From positions 64,001 through 128,000 of the IMG/VR virus record IMGVR_UViG_3300011678_000001: 64,000 nucleotides of DNA, one strand, 5' to 3'. Shown here piece after piece: positions 36,398 to 46,260 of this stretch (positions are counted from its first letter, which is position 1; every line of letters starts with the position of its first letter). Under the pieces are notes generated by a model, which worked only from the letters and a program-made list of their open reading frames with translations, was not told where the DNA came from and searched no databases. The position numbers and the translations under genes are program-made. The stretch is from a virus (taxonomy: Duplodnaviria > Caudoviricetes).

Positions 36398-36691
36398 TCA
36401 CGACTTGGCGACACACATCTGATAAAACTCAGTGTGGACCTCAAGGATTTCATGAAGTGTGGTCACCGTCTGGATGCGGTCAATGAACACCCCGCACGAA
36501 GCCATCACATGGATGAGCAGTTCACGGGCGGCTTCAAACTCATCGCCTTTCAATAGACTGGCGGGACAATCTCGATACATCTCCAAGAAGACCCGTAGGT
36601 GACTAGCGGTGATGCGTGCTGCTACCCAACGCTCACGGTTATCGAGAAACCCAGGTGATGTACGGTTGGCAGGGGAAATGGAAACATGCAT
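36398..36691 (-). CDS. Hypothetical protein
   Basis: AAGGA RBS; terminator 36361-36395 follows. Confidence 0.55.
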   Translation of the reverse strand: MHVSISPANRTSPGFLDNRERWVAARITASHLRVFLEMYRDCPASLLKGDEFEAARELLIHVMASCGVFIDRIQTVTTLHEILEVHTEFYQMCVAKS

Positions 36692-36704
36692 GCTGAATCA
36701 ATCC

Positions 36705-37352
36705 TTAAGCGGTGGTGGCACTGTCCATGGACATGTCAGGTGGTGGGACCAGGTAGAAGCTCCATGTCACTGCCTCAAGTGCTGCTCGGTCATTGGCGGT
36801 ATACGCTGCCACGAGGCGCTTCTCTGCAGCATGGCGTTCTGCTGTGAATAATGCCATCGCCGGCGAGAACTGAGAGTCGTTGTGCAGTACCCGGTTGGTC
36901 AGGTCCAGAAGATCACTCTCCAGTCCTTTAGCAATGCGGCTCATGGCCAGGTCATACAGGAACGGTGCTAGTTCACGAGGAAAATCAGCCACAACGCGCG
37001 ACTGGTCTTCTGCTAACCACGATTTAACCATACGTGCATCGACCACCTGAACGGGCCAGGTGATGGTCTCAGCCAAGGGATAGCCTGACTTGATGTAGTC
37101 GACAGCAAAGTCATAATCTTCGTTGAGCTTCTGGACTCGAAGGTCGAAGACAGTCTTAAGTGGAACAATGACCGGTTCGGCAATCGGCGGCTCAATGGTG
37201 ATGGGATTACCTGACTCATCACTCGTCAAGATACGTCCTGCTTGAAGCTCGCTCAGGATACGCTGATAATCTTCCTCTGGGACAGCGACGACGTCAGCCC
37301 AGATGGTCCCGTCGTTGATAAAGGCATTCCGGCTAGGGGAATAGTACATCAT
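36705..37352 (-). CDS. Tail fibre assembly chaperone-like protein
   Basis: YYSPSRNAF...VAVPEEDY..L...GRIL.SDESGNP, GYPLAETITWPVQ..A, LEAVTW. Confidence 0.7.
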   Translation of the reverse strand: MMYYSPSRNAFINDGTIWADVVAVPEEDYQRILSELQAGRILTSDESGNPITIEPPIAEPVIVPLKTVFDLRVQKLNEDYDFAVDYIKSGYPLAETITWPVQVVDARMVKSWLAEDQSRVVADFPRELAPFLYDLAMSRIAKGLESDLLDLTNRVLHNDSQFSPAMALFTAERHAAEKRLVAAYTANDRAALEAVTWSFYLVPPPDMSMDSATTA

Positions 37353-37415
37353 GATAAAGGGCCTATTAAACAGTGAAGCGAAAAAGTCTCATAGGATGAC
37401 GCTCTGTTTACGGCC

Positions 37416-38278
37416 AAACAAAAAAAATAAAGGAAGAAAGTCTTGGGGAAGCTTGGATGTCCACAATTGCCGGAACGCTCAGGTTCCACTCAGGGGCGAC
37501 CTGAGCTGTGTACAAGTGCCATCTTCCCCGTAACCTTTGTTGCCATGCGCCTACGGTTTGGTAGGACTTAGATGACCTGTGGTCATCAGATAACCGAACT
37601 CAATCGGTGCGAGAGATTAGGTGGTAACCCAATGTTGTTACCCGACCTATGAAATGCTGACGGAGCCCACAGCCACCGTGCAATTCGACAGATCGAGCCG
37701 CTTTAAGTACCTGCCCGCTTACCTGTTCGCTTGGAGCTTCACCGCGATCAATTCCAATGTACAGCGATTCTCCGTTGTGACGTGGTAACGTCACCTTTGA
37801 CAGCACAATGGCCGGGATGTCGAGAAAGGCTGGATTGTTTGATGCACTAAAGTGTTGCTCGCTGGAGAACCAACCGGCTTGTGTCTTGCCGTGATGCCCC
37901 ATCAAGAGTCCGAGTAAGAAGACCAATACCAAAGCTGGTCCGCGTGTGACGATAATGTTCTCCGTTTCATGATAGGTTTAGAGGGCAGGTTAGACGCGCC
38001 CTGTTGCCGTCTCAGTTAAGTTCATAGTCACGTTCGGTCGCCACCGTACCATGCGCCTTATGCATGAGGCGGGACCGACTCCCGATTAAGTTCGTGCGAC
38101 GCTTACTGTGCCTGACCTCACGGTGCCGTGCAGGACGAAGGCGATAGAAGGGAGTCCAGTGGACCACCAACACCTTCTTTCTAATCCAGCACGACTGATG
38201 CCATGAGGTCGAGCGCAGGGCTTCGCTAAGCCAGCAAAAGTGCATGCAATTCCTTAGCCAATGTCACAGTGCTACTAC
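37416..38278 (-). ncRNA. Putative ~860-nt structured non-coding RNA
   Basis: TATG at 38281-38278; many hairpins; GGGGAAG/CUUCCCC-closed 3' domain followed by a U-tract; only weak ORFs. Confidence 0.55.
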
Positions 38279-38307
38279 ATAGATATAGCACTGATCGTAA
38301 AAACAAA

Positions 38308-38595
38308 CTACCCTACGGTAGTGGGCGTAATACCTCGCTGTTGAAAGTCTTCGGTGTGTTCCAAGAATACGAGGGTGATGTCCCCCGTCTCGATGTCGAT
38401 CAAGATCCGAGACCCCGGTTGAATGCTGGTGGGACGATTGCCCTCGAACTCGACAGTCATCTCGATGGTCCGCCCCATGGCAAACGACAGATGATTGTCG
38501 GTGCTGATCTCATTGATGATAACCACCAATTCGTTCATGTACCCGGCAATCAGGTTCAACAACGGATGATGGTGTTTGATGTTCTTAATACGCAT
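38308..38595 (-). CDS. Hypothetical protein
   Basis: Overlap-coupled to the upstream gene. Confidence 0.55.
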   Translation of the reverse strand: MRIKNIKHHHPLLNLIAGYMNELVVIINEISTDNHLSFAMGRTIEMTVEFEGNRPTSIQPGSRILIDIETGDITLVFLEHTEDFQQRGITPTTVG

Positions 38596-39022
38596 CTGGA
38601 AATCCTGGTAAGCATTGTTGGGCGAGAATGTCGATCAGAATGTCACTCGCTTCAGTCTCGACCTTGGCCGGTATGTTGTCCGACCCCCAGAGGAACACGT
38701 GACCGTGATCTTTGGCATACAGCGGTACCAGGGTCAGGAAACGATTGACTCCGTCGGGGTTGGCATCGTAGTTCTGAAGCAAGGCCAGGTGGAACGAACC
38801 TAGCTTCACATAGATCGTTTCATTACATCCCATCATGCTGGACTCGTACTTGACTATTTCAGGTTTCCCCAATAGCCCCCAGATTGCCAGTAATCGCCGA
38901 ATCGATTCGGCATCCGGAAAAGCCGGATGGTCTTTTGGTGCCGGTTTACTGTTTCGGGCCGCTTCGGTACTGACCTTAACCAACAACTTGCTCAAGATTA
39001 AGCAGACGTTTTGAATGTTCAT
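38585..39022 (-). CDS. Hypothetical protein
   Basis: AAGGAG RBS. Confidence 0.6.
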   Translation of the reverse strand: MNIQNVCLILSKLLVKVSTEAARNSKPAPKDHPAFPDAESIRRLLAIWGLLGKPEIVKYESSMMGCNETIYVKLGSFHLALLQNYDANPDGVNRFLTLVPLYAKDHGHVFLWGSDNIPAKVETEASDILIDILAQQCLPGFPDAY

Positions 39023-39038
39023 CTGTTAGCTCCTTTGA

Positions 39039-40199
39039 TTAACCAGTTATCATGGAGTTGCGACCGCGCCCGAGTGGACTATTCTGATAGTAGCTGGGCA
39101 TGCCCATGCCCATTGGACGTTCGATGTTTTTCACCGTCCTAACAAAGTTTGTCGGATAACCGTACTGCAATGTCACCGTCATACTGGTAACCTTACCCTC
39201 TATTCGGATCAGGTGTTTGTCGGTTTTGGACAGGGTTTCGGTATTTAACGCCACAGTAGTGGACAGGTTGGTCACCGACTCGTCTTCCTCCTTCCTCTGT
39301 TCGGTCAGGGACAAATCACCATCCAGAAGTGTCACATGGTAGCCGTAACCTGGATTGTCAATGATGGAGGCGTCGTCGAACTCGAGGTTCTCGATTTGCC
39401 ATTCAGTGACAGGGAACTTTGGCACGTTGAGAATCTCCAAGCGTGCGGCCAGTTCGTTCGCATCGGTCAGCCCGGCTGATTCACGAATCGCACACAACAG
39501 CGAGTCGTAATTGAGGTGCCCACGGCAGGAACGAGCATAGTACTTAAACGCCGCATGAAGCGATTCTGGGATGGACATGGTTTTAAGGATGTCCGCCAAG
39601 GTTTCCTGATCCACGCCGCCTTCGTACGAAATGGCGTAGCGGAAGCGCTGAGGACGACAGAACAGATACTCGGAGAACTCTTCGCTGTCGTTGCCGGTGA
39701 TGGCAAACATGACCCCGGTGAACGAGGTATCGCTGAACAGGGTCAGCATGCGCTGACGATCTTCTTTATCGCTGTAGACCTTACCGAATTCATCGATGTA
39801 GATCATGCAGGGTCCGATAGCCCGGATGATGATACGGATCTCTTCAGCAGACATGGGCGCATCAATCATGACCACAGGCAGGTCCTGTTTGATCATCCAG
39901 TTGCCGATCTCTTCAGCCATCAGGGATTTACCCGAGCCTTTCTGGCCATATAGCAGGACGCCGGTGCTGTTGCCCTCTTTGCTGTAATTGGAGGTGATCT
40001 GGTTGAAGTAGCGCTTATGACGCCCGAAACGCAGTTGTGGCAAGGTGAAGGACGGACGATCCTTGATCAGAATGATCTTGTCGCGCAGGACGGCTTTATA
40101 CACCATCGCAGGCACATGGTCGATGGTGTTTGATTGATCGGTGACCGAGATGGTCAGGACGTTGTCGTAGTTGTTGATGGTGATAGATGATTTAGCCAC
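39039..40199 (-). CDS. AAA+ ATPase
   Basis: GVLLYGQKGSGKS, MIYIDEFGK, RPQRFRY. Confidence 0.85.
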   Translation of the reverse strand: MAKSSITINNYDNVLTISVTDQSNTIDHVPAMVYKAVLRDKIILIKDRPSFTLPQLRFGRHKRYFNQITSNYSKEGNSTGVLLYGQKGSGKSLMAEEIGNWMIKQDLPVVMIDAPMSAEEIRIIIRAIGPCMIYIDEFGKVYSDKEDRQRMLTLFSDTSFTGVMFAITGNDSEEFSEYLFCRPQRFRYAISYEGGVDQETLADILKTMSIPESLHAAFKYYARSCRGHLNYDSLLCAIRESAGLTDANELAARLEILNVPKFPVTEWQIENLEFDDASIIDNPGYGYHVTLLDGDLSLTEQRKEEDESVTNLSTTVALNTETLSKTDKHLIRIEGKVTSMTVTLQYGYPTNFVRTVKNIERPMGMGMPSYYQNSPLGRGRNSMITG

Positions 40200-40285
40200 G
40201 GTAGGCTCCTTGATGAGTGAGATAGTGATTATAGGGGTTAAGTCGGCATAGCGGTGATGGACCGAAGTCCATCACCGTGTATCAC

Positions 40286-41356
40286 TTAGCCTTCGAGAAC
40301 GGCAGGTTCTTCAGGACGAGCATCGACGCGGCATTCGGTGCGCAGGATGTGTTCCATGGCATCGATGTGCTCGAGCAGGTACTGGGTCCAGGGCTCGCAA
40401 CGCGGGCGCAGTTCCAGCAGCTCTTCCTTGGTCTTCCAGCCGACGGTGGTGTACTTCTCCTCCAGAACTTTGAAGTCGATGTCACTCTTCACGCGCAGCA
40501 TGGCCAGCACGCCCAGGTGGGTATTGCCCACGAAACCAGGCTTGTCCATGTCGCGATCCGAAACGAACCCGAATGGTACAACGTTGCCGTTGACGTCCGC
40601 AGGATCGACCGTATGAACTGGTTGACGCTGAGCGAGCATGGCGTAGATCTCTTCCAAGCTCGGGCCGTTTTCCAGTCCATAGAGAATGGCGCTACCATCT
40701 TCGTCGCTGCGCTGCAGAATGGCGGCTGGGGTGTTTATCAACGCACCTTCAGTGATTGCCGGAGTGAAAGACTGCACCTGGACGAATTCCATGCTGCCAG
40801 GGAAGCCAAACCCACGTGCCAGATCGGCCAGCATTTCTTCGACGGTCATCGGACGTTCAACGTCGCCCTTGTTGAACAGCAGCACTTCTTCAGCCAGTTC
40901 ACGCATGCCCGAGTTCAGGGTCGAGTAGAAGCTCGACGGCACGTCTGGGATCTCGACGTACTGACCTTCTTCATTGTGGGCGTAATGACCATGTAGGTCT
41001 TCGCGCTCAACATGACCACCAAAGCCGATGGAGAACCCGTCCTTCAACCGTGCTTCAGAACCGGCCGCACGCTGGTACACCGCAAACCGCACGGTGTCGT
41101 TTTCGTCGATAGTGCCGATCGGCGTATACAGGATCAGCTGACGCATGTTTTCCAGCTTGTCGACCAGCGAGCGACGCATGCCCACGAAGCCTTCATCCAT
41201 CTGCATCATCAGGTCATGGACTTCCAGGGACGAGTAGATGCGGGCATCGCCTTTCATGTTACCCACCAGATCGGTAGGAACGAATTCCGGCAGGATACCG
41301 AAGGTCATTTCATCGCGCTTGGTGCGGGTATACAGCTTAGGTTGTTGCTGGCTCAT
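40286..41356 (-). CDS. NUDIX-family phosphoesterase with a large insertion
   Basis: RQLILY, YQR..GSEARL...SIGFGGHVE, MRELAEEV, VGNTHLG, EPWTQ. Confidence 0.7.
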   Translation of the reverse strand: MSQQQPKLYTRTKRDEMTFGILPEFVPTDLVGNMKGDARIYSSLEVHDLMMQMDEGFVGMRRSLVDKLENMRQLILYTPIGTIDENDTVRFAVYQRAAGSEARLKDGFSIGFGGHVEREDLHGHYAHNEEGQYVEIPDVPSSFYSTLNSGMRELAEEVLLFNKGDVERPMTVEEMLADLARGFGFPGSMEFVQVQSFTPAITEGALINTPAAILQRSDEDGSAILYGLENGPSLEEIYAMLAQRQPVHTVDPADVNGNVVPFGFVSDRDMDKPGFVGNTHLGVLAMLRVKSDIDFKVLEEKYTTVGWKTKEELLELRPRCEPWTQYLLEHIDAMEHILRTECRVDARPEEPAVLEG

Positions 41357-41399
41357 TGGAGCACTCCTTGGTGTTAAACTGAATTGAAGAGGGTTGAAT

Positions 41400-41630
41400 T
41401 TAGTGACGAACAGATTCGATGATTTTGTCAACGGTGCCATGGACATCAAAGGTGTTTGGCGTTCCACGGGTCATGAGGACCTCTACCGTACGACGTTTGA
41501 TCTTCGCCCAGTAGGCATCATTACGCTCAACACCCGGTCCGTTACGATGGTCGTGACTGACGATCAGGTTGTACGCCTGGTTGCGCAGTTCTTCTTCCGT
41601 TTGGGCAGGTGCTTTAATCGACAGCGGCAT
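41400..41630 (-). CDS. Hypothetical protein
   Basis: Operon context; RBS. Confidence 0.55.
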   Translation of the reverse strand: MPLSIKAPAQTEEELRNQAYNLIVSHDHRNGPGVERNDAYWAKIKRRTVEVLMTRGTPNTFDVHGTVDKIIESVRH

Positions 41631-41644
41631 GGATACCCCTTTTT

Positions 41645-41917
41645 TTATCGGCCGTTACCGGCCCGGTCGTAATAACGCTCAAGCTTGTTGTGGAACTTAC
41701 GCTTGGCTGGCGTGTTCCGCTTGAGGATTCCCAGCTTGTTGCAGTTCTGCGGACACCAGAACTTATCACGCAGGTTGGTGTGCGTGAGCAGGATCTGGAC
41801 CTTGTAGGTATCCCACAGGCTACGCTTGGGGTTCCAGTGAGACTTGTCCTGCTTGAGACGTTCCAAGCCTTCGGTCCCGACGTACTGAAAGTGCTTTTTG
41901 CCCAGTCTACGGCTCAT
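41645..41917 (-). CDS. Small basic hypothetical protein
   Basis: AAGGA RBS; K/R-rich. Confidence 0.55.
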   Translation of the reverse strand: MSRRLGKKHFQYVGTEGLERLKQDKSHWNPKRSLWDTYKVQILLTHTNLRDKFWCPQNCNKLGILKRNTPAKRKFHNKLERYYDRAGNGR

Positions 41918-41919
41918 GG

Positions 41920-42255
41920 CTATTCCTTAGGTGCGTTATCCAGCGGAATCATGATGGCGGTTAACCGCTGCCCATCGGTGAGTGATTCAGCCAGGACTTC
42001 AATGTGATCCAAGTCGGGATCGAGACATTCGAAACCTTTTGCCGGACGGGCCGGAATGGTCTCAGCCAGATGGCGTTGGAGCTTAAGATGCATGTCAAGA
42101 CGCTCTGCGGCTCCTTGGAACTTATGGGCTCCCGTCCTGGCGGTAATCAGACTGAATTCGCCTGGCTTATTCCCGGCAAGATATTGCCTGTTCTGGTTCT
42201 TACGCCAGAAGGAAATAATGGATTCATCTTGTTCTGCATTAACATCGTTGTTCAT
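41920..42255 (-). CDS. Hypothetical protein
   Basis: ATGA-coupled. Confidence 0.6.
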   Translation of the reverse strand: MNNDVNAEQDESIISFWRKNQNRQYLAGNKPGEFSLITARTGAHKFQGAAERLDMHLKLQRHLAETIPARPAKGFECLDPDLDHIEVLAESLTDGQRLTAIMIPLDNAPKE

Positions 42256-42722
42256 TTGCCACCCTCGATAACTTTGAAGTTTGCCCGGTTGGTCTCAGCC
42301 AGGACCCTTTCTAAACAAGGCGCTGCACCCAACAACACACTGCAGACGATGCCGTCTTCCAGCGCCGACTCGATGTCACCAAGGGTTTCAGGAAAGTCGA
42401 TCTCCGCCCGGATCTCTTTGATCACCTCAAGGATCAACGCAACACGGTTGTTCACCTCGGTGCCGTTGATGGTAGGACCGAGTTCCAGCGCCCCTGGAAA
42501 GACCACGGCCACGTTAGGGGATTCAATGTCAGGTTCCAAGACTCGGAAGATTCGAATCACCGCCCCTTCGACCTTGGTGAACACTTCGTACTGCGTGATC
42601 TGACCCCAGAGGCATTTCCCTGAGGTCGCCCGATCGAATCCTGCGTACTTCAATAGGTCTTCGGTGTCATCGGACGGTGCTTTGCCTTCGAACCCTACCG
42701 CAATGATGTTGAACGCCATCAC
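42252..42722 (-). CDS. Hypothetical protein
   Basis: Abuts the upstream gene. Confidence 0.6.
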   Translation of the reverse strand: MMAFNIIAVGFEGKAPSDDTEDLLKYAGFDRATSGKCLWGQITQYEVFTKVEGAVIRIFRVLEPDIESPNVAVVFPGALELGPTINGTEVNNRVALILEVIKEIRAEIDFPETLGDIESALEDGIVCSVLLGAAPCLERVLAETNRANFKVIEGGK

Positions 42723-43934
42723 TCACCCCTGCTGTTCGAGTTTATACCGCTCTACCCCGTCTTCGATGTCAATCTCGATCCACGGTGCAAAGCCTGCTTT
42801 CACGCCCAACCGGGCTTTATGGCTGTCAATGCGGTACAGCTTGTCTTCACCCTTGGTGACTCGGGCACTGACTTCCACCGCTTGCTTCTTGAAGTACAGA
42901 CGCCAGTCTTCCGGCAGTTGATGACGGTTGATCTGAATGTCCAACACCTCGGCCTTATTGGAGAGGATGTTGGTTTCATACGCCCAACCAAAGCACAGCT
43001 CTTTGGTACTGTTGGTGTCACGCAAGGTGATCCACAGCCGCTGTTCGCCGGGGCGGGGTTGCTTAGAGGCCTTGGCGAAGTGCTTCTCTTCTGGAGCAGG
43101 TGGAGTGACAGCGGCTTGGACCGTCAGGTGATACGCCAGCGCCGCACGAGCGGCTTTGGTCAGATGACCTTCGTACGTCCTGAACCACTCAGGCAGATGA
43201 CGCTGGGTCCAACCGCGTTTACAGATCAGTTCACGGATGTACGCTGCATCGTGAGTGCTGAAGCTGTCAGTGTACAGCAACAGACTGCGCGAAGCATCAA
43301 TCATGTCCTCAGTCATGTGTCCAGGGGCTGGCACCACGACATGTGTCTGACCGATGTCCTTAAGGTCCTTCAAGCAATCCGGCAGACCATCCAACATGGC
43401 CAGTGCTTGCGAGTTCTTCTCATTGATGATGAGGTCACGCAGCTTGCGAAACCATTCGACACCAGTGAGATTGGAGTTATCCTGTACATCTGGAAACGCG
43501 TCGTCCTCAGTCACCGCCTCGGGCGCATCGAGGCCCGACAGGATATTGCGCATTCTTTCTATACCGGCGTTCATCCTGCCTTCTTGTGTTGAGAATTCGG
43601 ACTCGCCGTATATGCGAACAGGGCTCTGACGGGTAGGGGCTTCTTCGTTCCCTGAGACCTGAGACAATACTCGCGGACGGAGTTCAACCACCAGTGCGTC
43701 GAAACGCGCAGTGTCTTCGTCTGAGATGGCATTGAACCCACGACCCCAGCCACGCCAGCTCAGGTTATTGCCGTCACCATCGTCGCTTTCCATCCAGGAC
43801 TCGATGTTACGCTCAACGCCTTCACGCCATTCTTCGAACCGCGCCACCACGTCTGCCGGAATTGGACACTGCACCGCAAAGACTTCTTCTTTGAGCCAGT
43901 CCTCTAAGGTGGCGGCTCCGTAGTAATCTGACAT
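42723..43934 (-). CDS. Multi-domain hypothetical protein
   Basis: AAGGAG RBS before MSDYYG. Confidence 0.65.
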   Translation of the reverse strand: MSDYYGAATLEDWLKEEVFAVQCPIPADVVARFEEWREGVERNIESWMESDDGDGNNLSWRGWGRGFNAISDEDTARFDALVVELRPRVLSQVSGNEEAPTRQSPVRIYGESEFSTQEGRMNAGIERMRNILSGLDAPEAVTEDDAFPDVQDNSNLTGVEWFRKLRDLIINEKNSQALAMLDGLPDCLKDLKDIGQTHVVVPAPGHMTEDMIDASRSLLLYTDSFSTHDAAYIRELICKRGWTQRHLPEWFRTYEGHLTKAARAALAYHLTVQAAVTPPAPEEKHFAKASKQPRPGEQRLWITLRDTNSTKELCFGWAYETNILSNKAEVLDIQINRHQLPEDWRLYFKKQAVEVSARVTKGEDKLYRIDSHKARLGVKAGFAPWIEIDIEDGVERYKLEQQG

Positions 43935-44024
43935 GACACTCTCCTTGACTGAACATAATTGATGAGGCATTCGTTTTCTTTGACAGGCGGCATAGACGGC
44001 GCCCCGCAGGACGCCGTCCAGTGA

Positions 44025-44507
44025 TCAGCGGTAAGCCGCAAACTTTGGGTGTGCGTTACTTACGCGGAGTTGATTGATCGCCCCAAGCAATTCAACCTTC
44101 TCCGATCGCTCCAGCAGGTTGATGGCAAAGCGAGCCATCTTCAGCGAGGTGATGTCACCGGGCCGTTCGAAGATGTACCAGTTCTGCATCTCCGGCGCTT
44201 TAAAAGCCCCTGGCAGGAGGTTCATGATGTAACCGTGAACAAGAGTCGCCTCTTGTGCGCTCACTTCATGGATGTTCTCTGGTGTGATAAGATTGAGCTC
44301 TTTCACACGGGTGGGTCGTGTCTGAGCACTACCGCTCTTTTCGAGCAACTTATCCAGAGCCTTTGTGTCTTTAGGGGTCAAAGCACGGATGCTTGTGAGC
44401 CTAACTAGAACCATGGATTGACCGCGTGGAATTTCCCCTTTCACGAGAAACAGCTCACTTCCCGGTTGCCCCATGATCACCGGTATAACATACTTACCCT
44501 TTGACAT
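44025..44507 (-). CDS. Hypothetical protein
   Basis: AAGGA RBS before MSKGKY; TACATTAT motif upstream at ~44592-44599. Confidence 0.6.
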   Translation of the reverse strand: MSKGKYVIPVIMGQPGSELFLVKGEIPRGQSMVLVRLTSIRALTPKDTKALDKLLEKSGSAQTRPTRVKELNLITPENIHEVSAQEATLVHGYIMNLLPGAFKAPEMQNWYIFERPGDITSLKMARFAINLLERSEKVELLGAINQLRVSNAHPKFAAYR

Positions 44508-44712
44508 GGTGAGTAATTCCTTGAGGTGTCGTGTAGAAACCCCCTCATCATCCACCAGGCTTTAATTTGAATTAATGGTTTGCACGGCTGAATAATGTAG
44601 GGTTTTGTTTTAGTCGAGTCGTATGCTCGCTTCATAAAATGACACTAAAACACCACCACGGATTAATCCCATGAAAAAAGAAAAATAAAGAGAGGGGCCG
44701 AAGCCCCTCGTC

Positions 44713-45234
44713 TTATTCTGCCTCGATGGCTTGGTACGTTTCGAACAGCAGCGACTCGTCTATCAAGGCGCTGGAAGTTTGCTCGTAACGACCCCAGTAT
44801 GGCGGCCTGAGACCTGGTTGTTCCACTAGAGCAGGACGACCTTTGATCTCGTGTTCATCCAGGACGACGGTGCGGTAGACGGTGTCGGCAATCTTAATGC
44901 CTTCATCGATCAGCCCTGCGCCTCCAATGATGAACACTTCATCACCGTGATTACCGGCCCACGTGATCGCCTCTTCCAGCGAGTTGACAAACTGCACCCG
45001 ATCCATTGGACCAAGACGCGCCAACCCTTTACTGCCCGTCACCACCAGATGGTAACGACCCGGCAACAGGTTCGGCAGACTATCAAAGGTATTGCTGCCC
45101 ATGATGATCGGTTTATCCTGGGTCAGCACTTTGAACCGCTTCAGATCAATAGGATAGTGCCACGGTAATGGATGAGGGCCCAACGCACCGATAGCACCGC
45201 CTTTGGTCTGGGCGAAGATCACCGAGACTTTCAT
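44713..45234 (-). CDS. folA: Dihydrofolate reductase
   Basis: AIG...LPWHYPIDLKRFK, IIMGSNTFDSL..LPGR, VFIIGGA. Confidence 0.92.
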   Translation of the reverse strand: MKVSVIFAQTKGGAIGALGPHPLPWHYPIDLKRFKVLTQDKPIIMGSNTFDSLPNLLPGRYHLVVTGSKGLARLGPMDRVQFVNSLEEAITWAGNHGDEVFIIGGAGLIDEGIKIADTVYRTVVLDEHEIKGRPALVEQPGLRPPYWGRYEQTSSALIDESLLFETYQAIEAE

Positions 45235-45800
45235 TCTGCCACCGTTTCCTTAGGCTTGTTCACGATCGCCTGCAGTTGCTTCATCATCAACTGCGATTGC
45301 GTCAGGCGGTAGAAGTTGAGCGACATTTCCAGAACCGCGAACTGTTCGCCCTCTTCCAGCACCAGGATCAGCTCGCAGCCTACGCCTTTGCTGGAGGCCT
45401 TCCACTGACGCAGGTAAGCGTTGGTACGGCTGTAACCTTGCAACGCCGTGAACACGCTCTGAGCGACCTCAAAGGACTCGTCCAAGTACTCTTCCGGCTT
45501 GAGCTGGAAGACCATCGGGATGGCCGGCAGTTCGAAGTCGGCAGGCAGCACCGTCCATGGGAATTGCTTATCCCCTTCGATGGCCTCGCGGTACTGACTC
45601 ATGGCTTCTGAGGCAGCACCCAGTTTAACCAGATCGTGACGCAGGGTCACTTTGGAGATCAGGTTATCCTGCGCGTACCGCACACGGAAGAATTGGTTGC
45701 CAAACCCAGCACGACCGTGGGCCGAAATCTCGACGCGGTCTTTGAGTGGGTTGACAGCTGCCATGGCAGCGGCGTAAGGATGGACGGTGGCTTGAGTCAT
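45231..45800 (-). CDS. Hypothetical protein
   Basis: Starts right after the upstream stop; ATGA-coupled to DHFR. Confidence 0.6.
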   Translation of the reverse strand: MTQATVHPYAAAMAAVNPLKDRVEISAHGRAGFGNQFFRVRYAQDNLISKVTLRHDLVKLGAASEAMSQYREAIEGDKQFPWTVLPADFELPAIPMVFQLKPEEYLDESFEVAQSVFTALQGYSRTNAYLRQWKASSKGVGCELILVLEEGEQFAVLEMSLNFYRLTQSQLMMKQLQAIVNKPKETVAE

Positions 45801-45801
45801 G

Positions 45802-46254
45802 TTAGTTCTTCTTTGGCAGAATGTTGTTGATGACCACGTGATCGGAGTACTCACGCAGACGGGTCAGGATGTAGCTGTCGACCAGGTGATTGTCGTCGAG
45901 GACCAGGAGCATCATGCCCTGATCTTCTTCGGCGGAGGACTCCTGAATGACGTGCACCTCGTAGCTGTCGAAGTGGCCAATCAAGGTTCCTTGCTGGTTG
46001 CAGCGAATGAATGCATCACGGGCCGTGGTGGCCCCTTCTGGCATGTCGTACAACAGTTGGGCGATACCTTCAGTCAAGGCCAGTGCATACCGGTAATGCT
46101 CCGACCGTGAGGAGGCCAGCAACACCATCGCACGGACGGTGTCACGGACCATGGACTGAACACCCCAACCCAGTGCCAGTTGCATGTCAGGCAATTTAGC
46201 AATCGCCTCAGCAATCGGCAGTGGTTGAGGAAACTTGATCAGTTCCGTGCTCAT
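45802..46254 (-). CDS. Hypothetical protein
   Basis: Follows the ligase; GGAG RBS. Confidence 0.6.
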   Translation of the reverse strand: MSTELIKFPQPLPIAEAIAKLPDMQLALGWGVQSMVRDTVRAMVLLASSRSEHYRYALALTEGIAQLLYDMPEGATTARDAFIRCNQQGTLIGHFDSYEVHVIQESSAEEDQGMMLLVLDDNHLVDSYILTRLREYSDHVVINNILPKKN

Positions 46255-46260
46255 TGAAAC

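Noticed and set aside
37600-37932. 110-aa ORF with a signal-peptide-like start
   Set aside because: TTG start without a well-spaced RBS, an in-frame stop shortly upstream, rare codons and dense hairpins. Left as the main alternative to the ncRNA reading.
38012-38245. 77-aa ORF preceded by AAGGA
   Set aside because: W/H/R-rich atypical sequence with its RBS inside a predicted stem. Not called as a CDS, though not fully excluded.
37416-38278. RsmA/CsrA sponge, hammerhead or intron interpretation
   Set aside because: GGA count is about what chance predicts. The CUGAUGA near 37590 has no matching GAAA core. There is no interrupted host gene and no group II termini.
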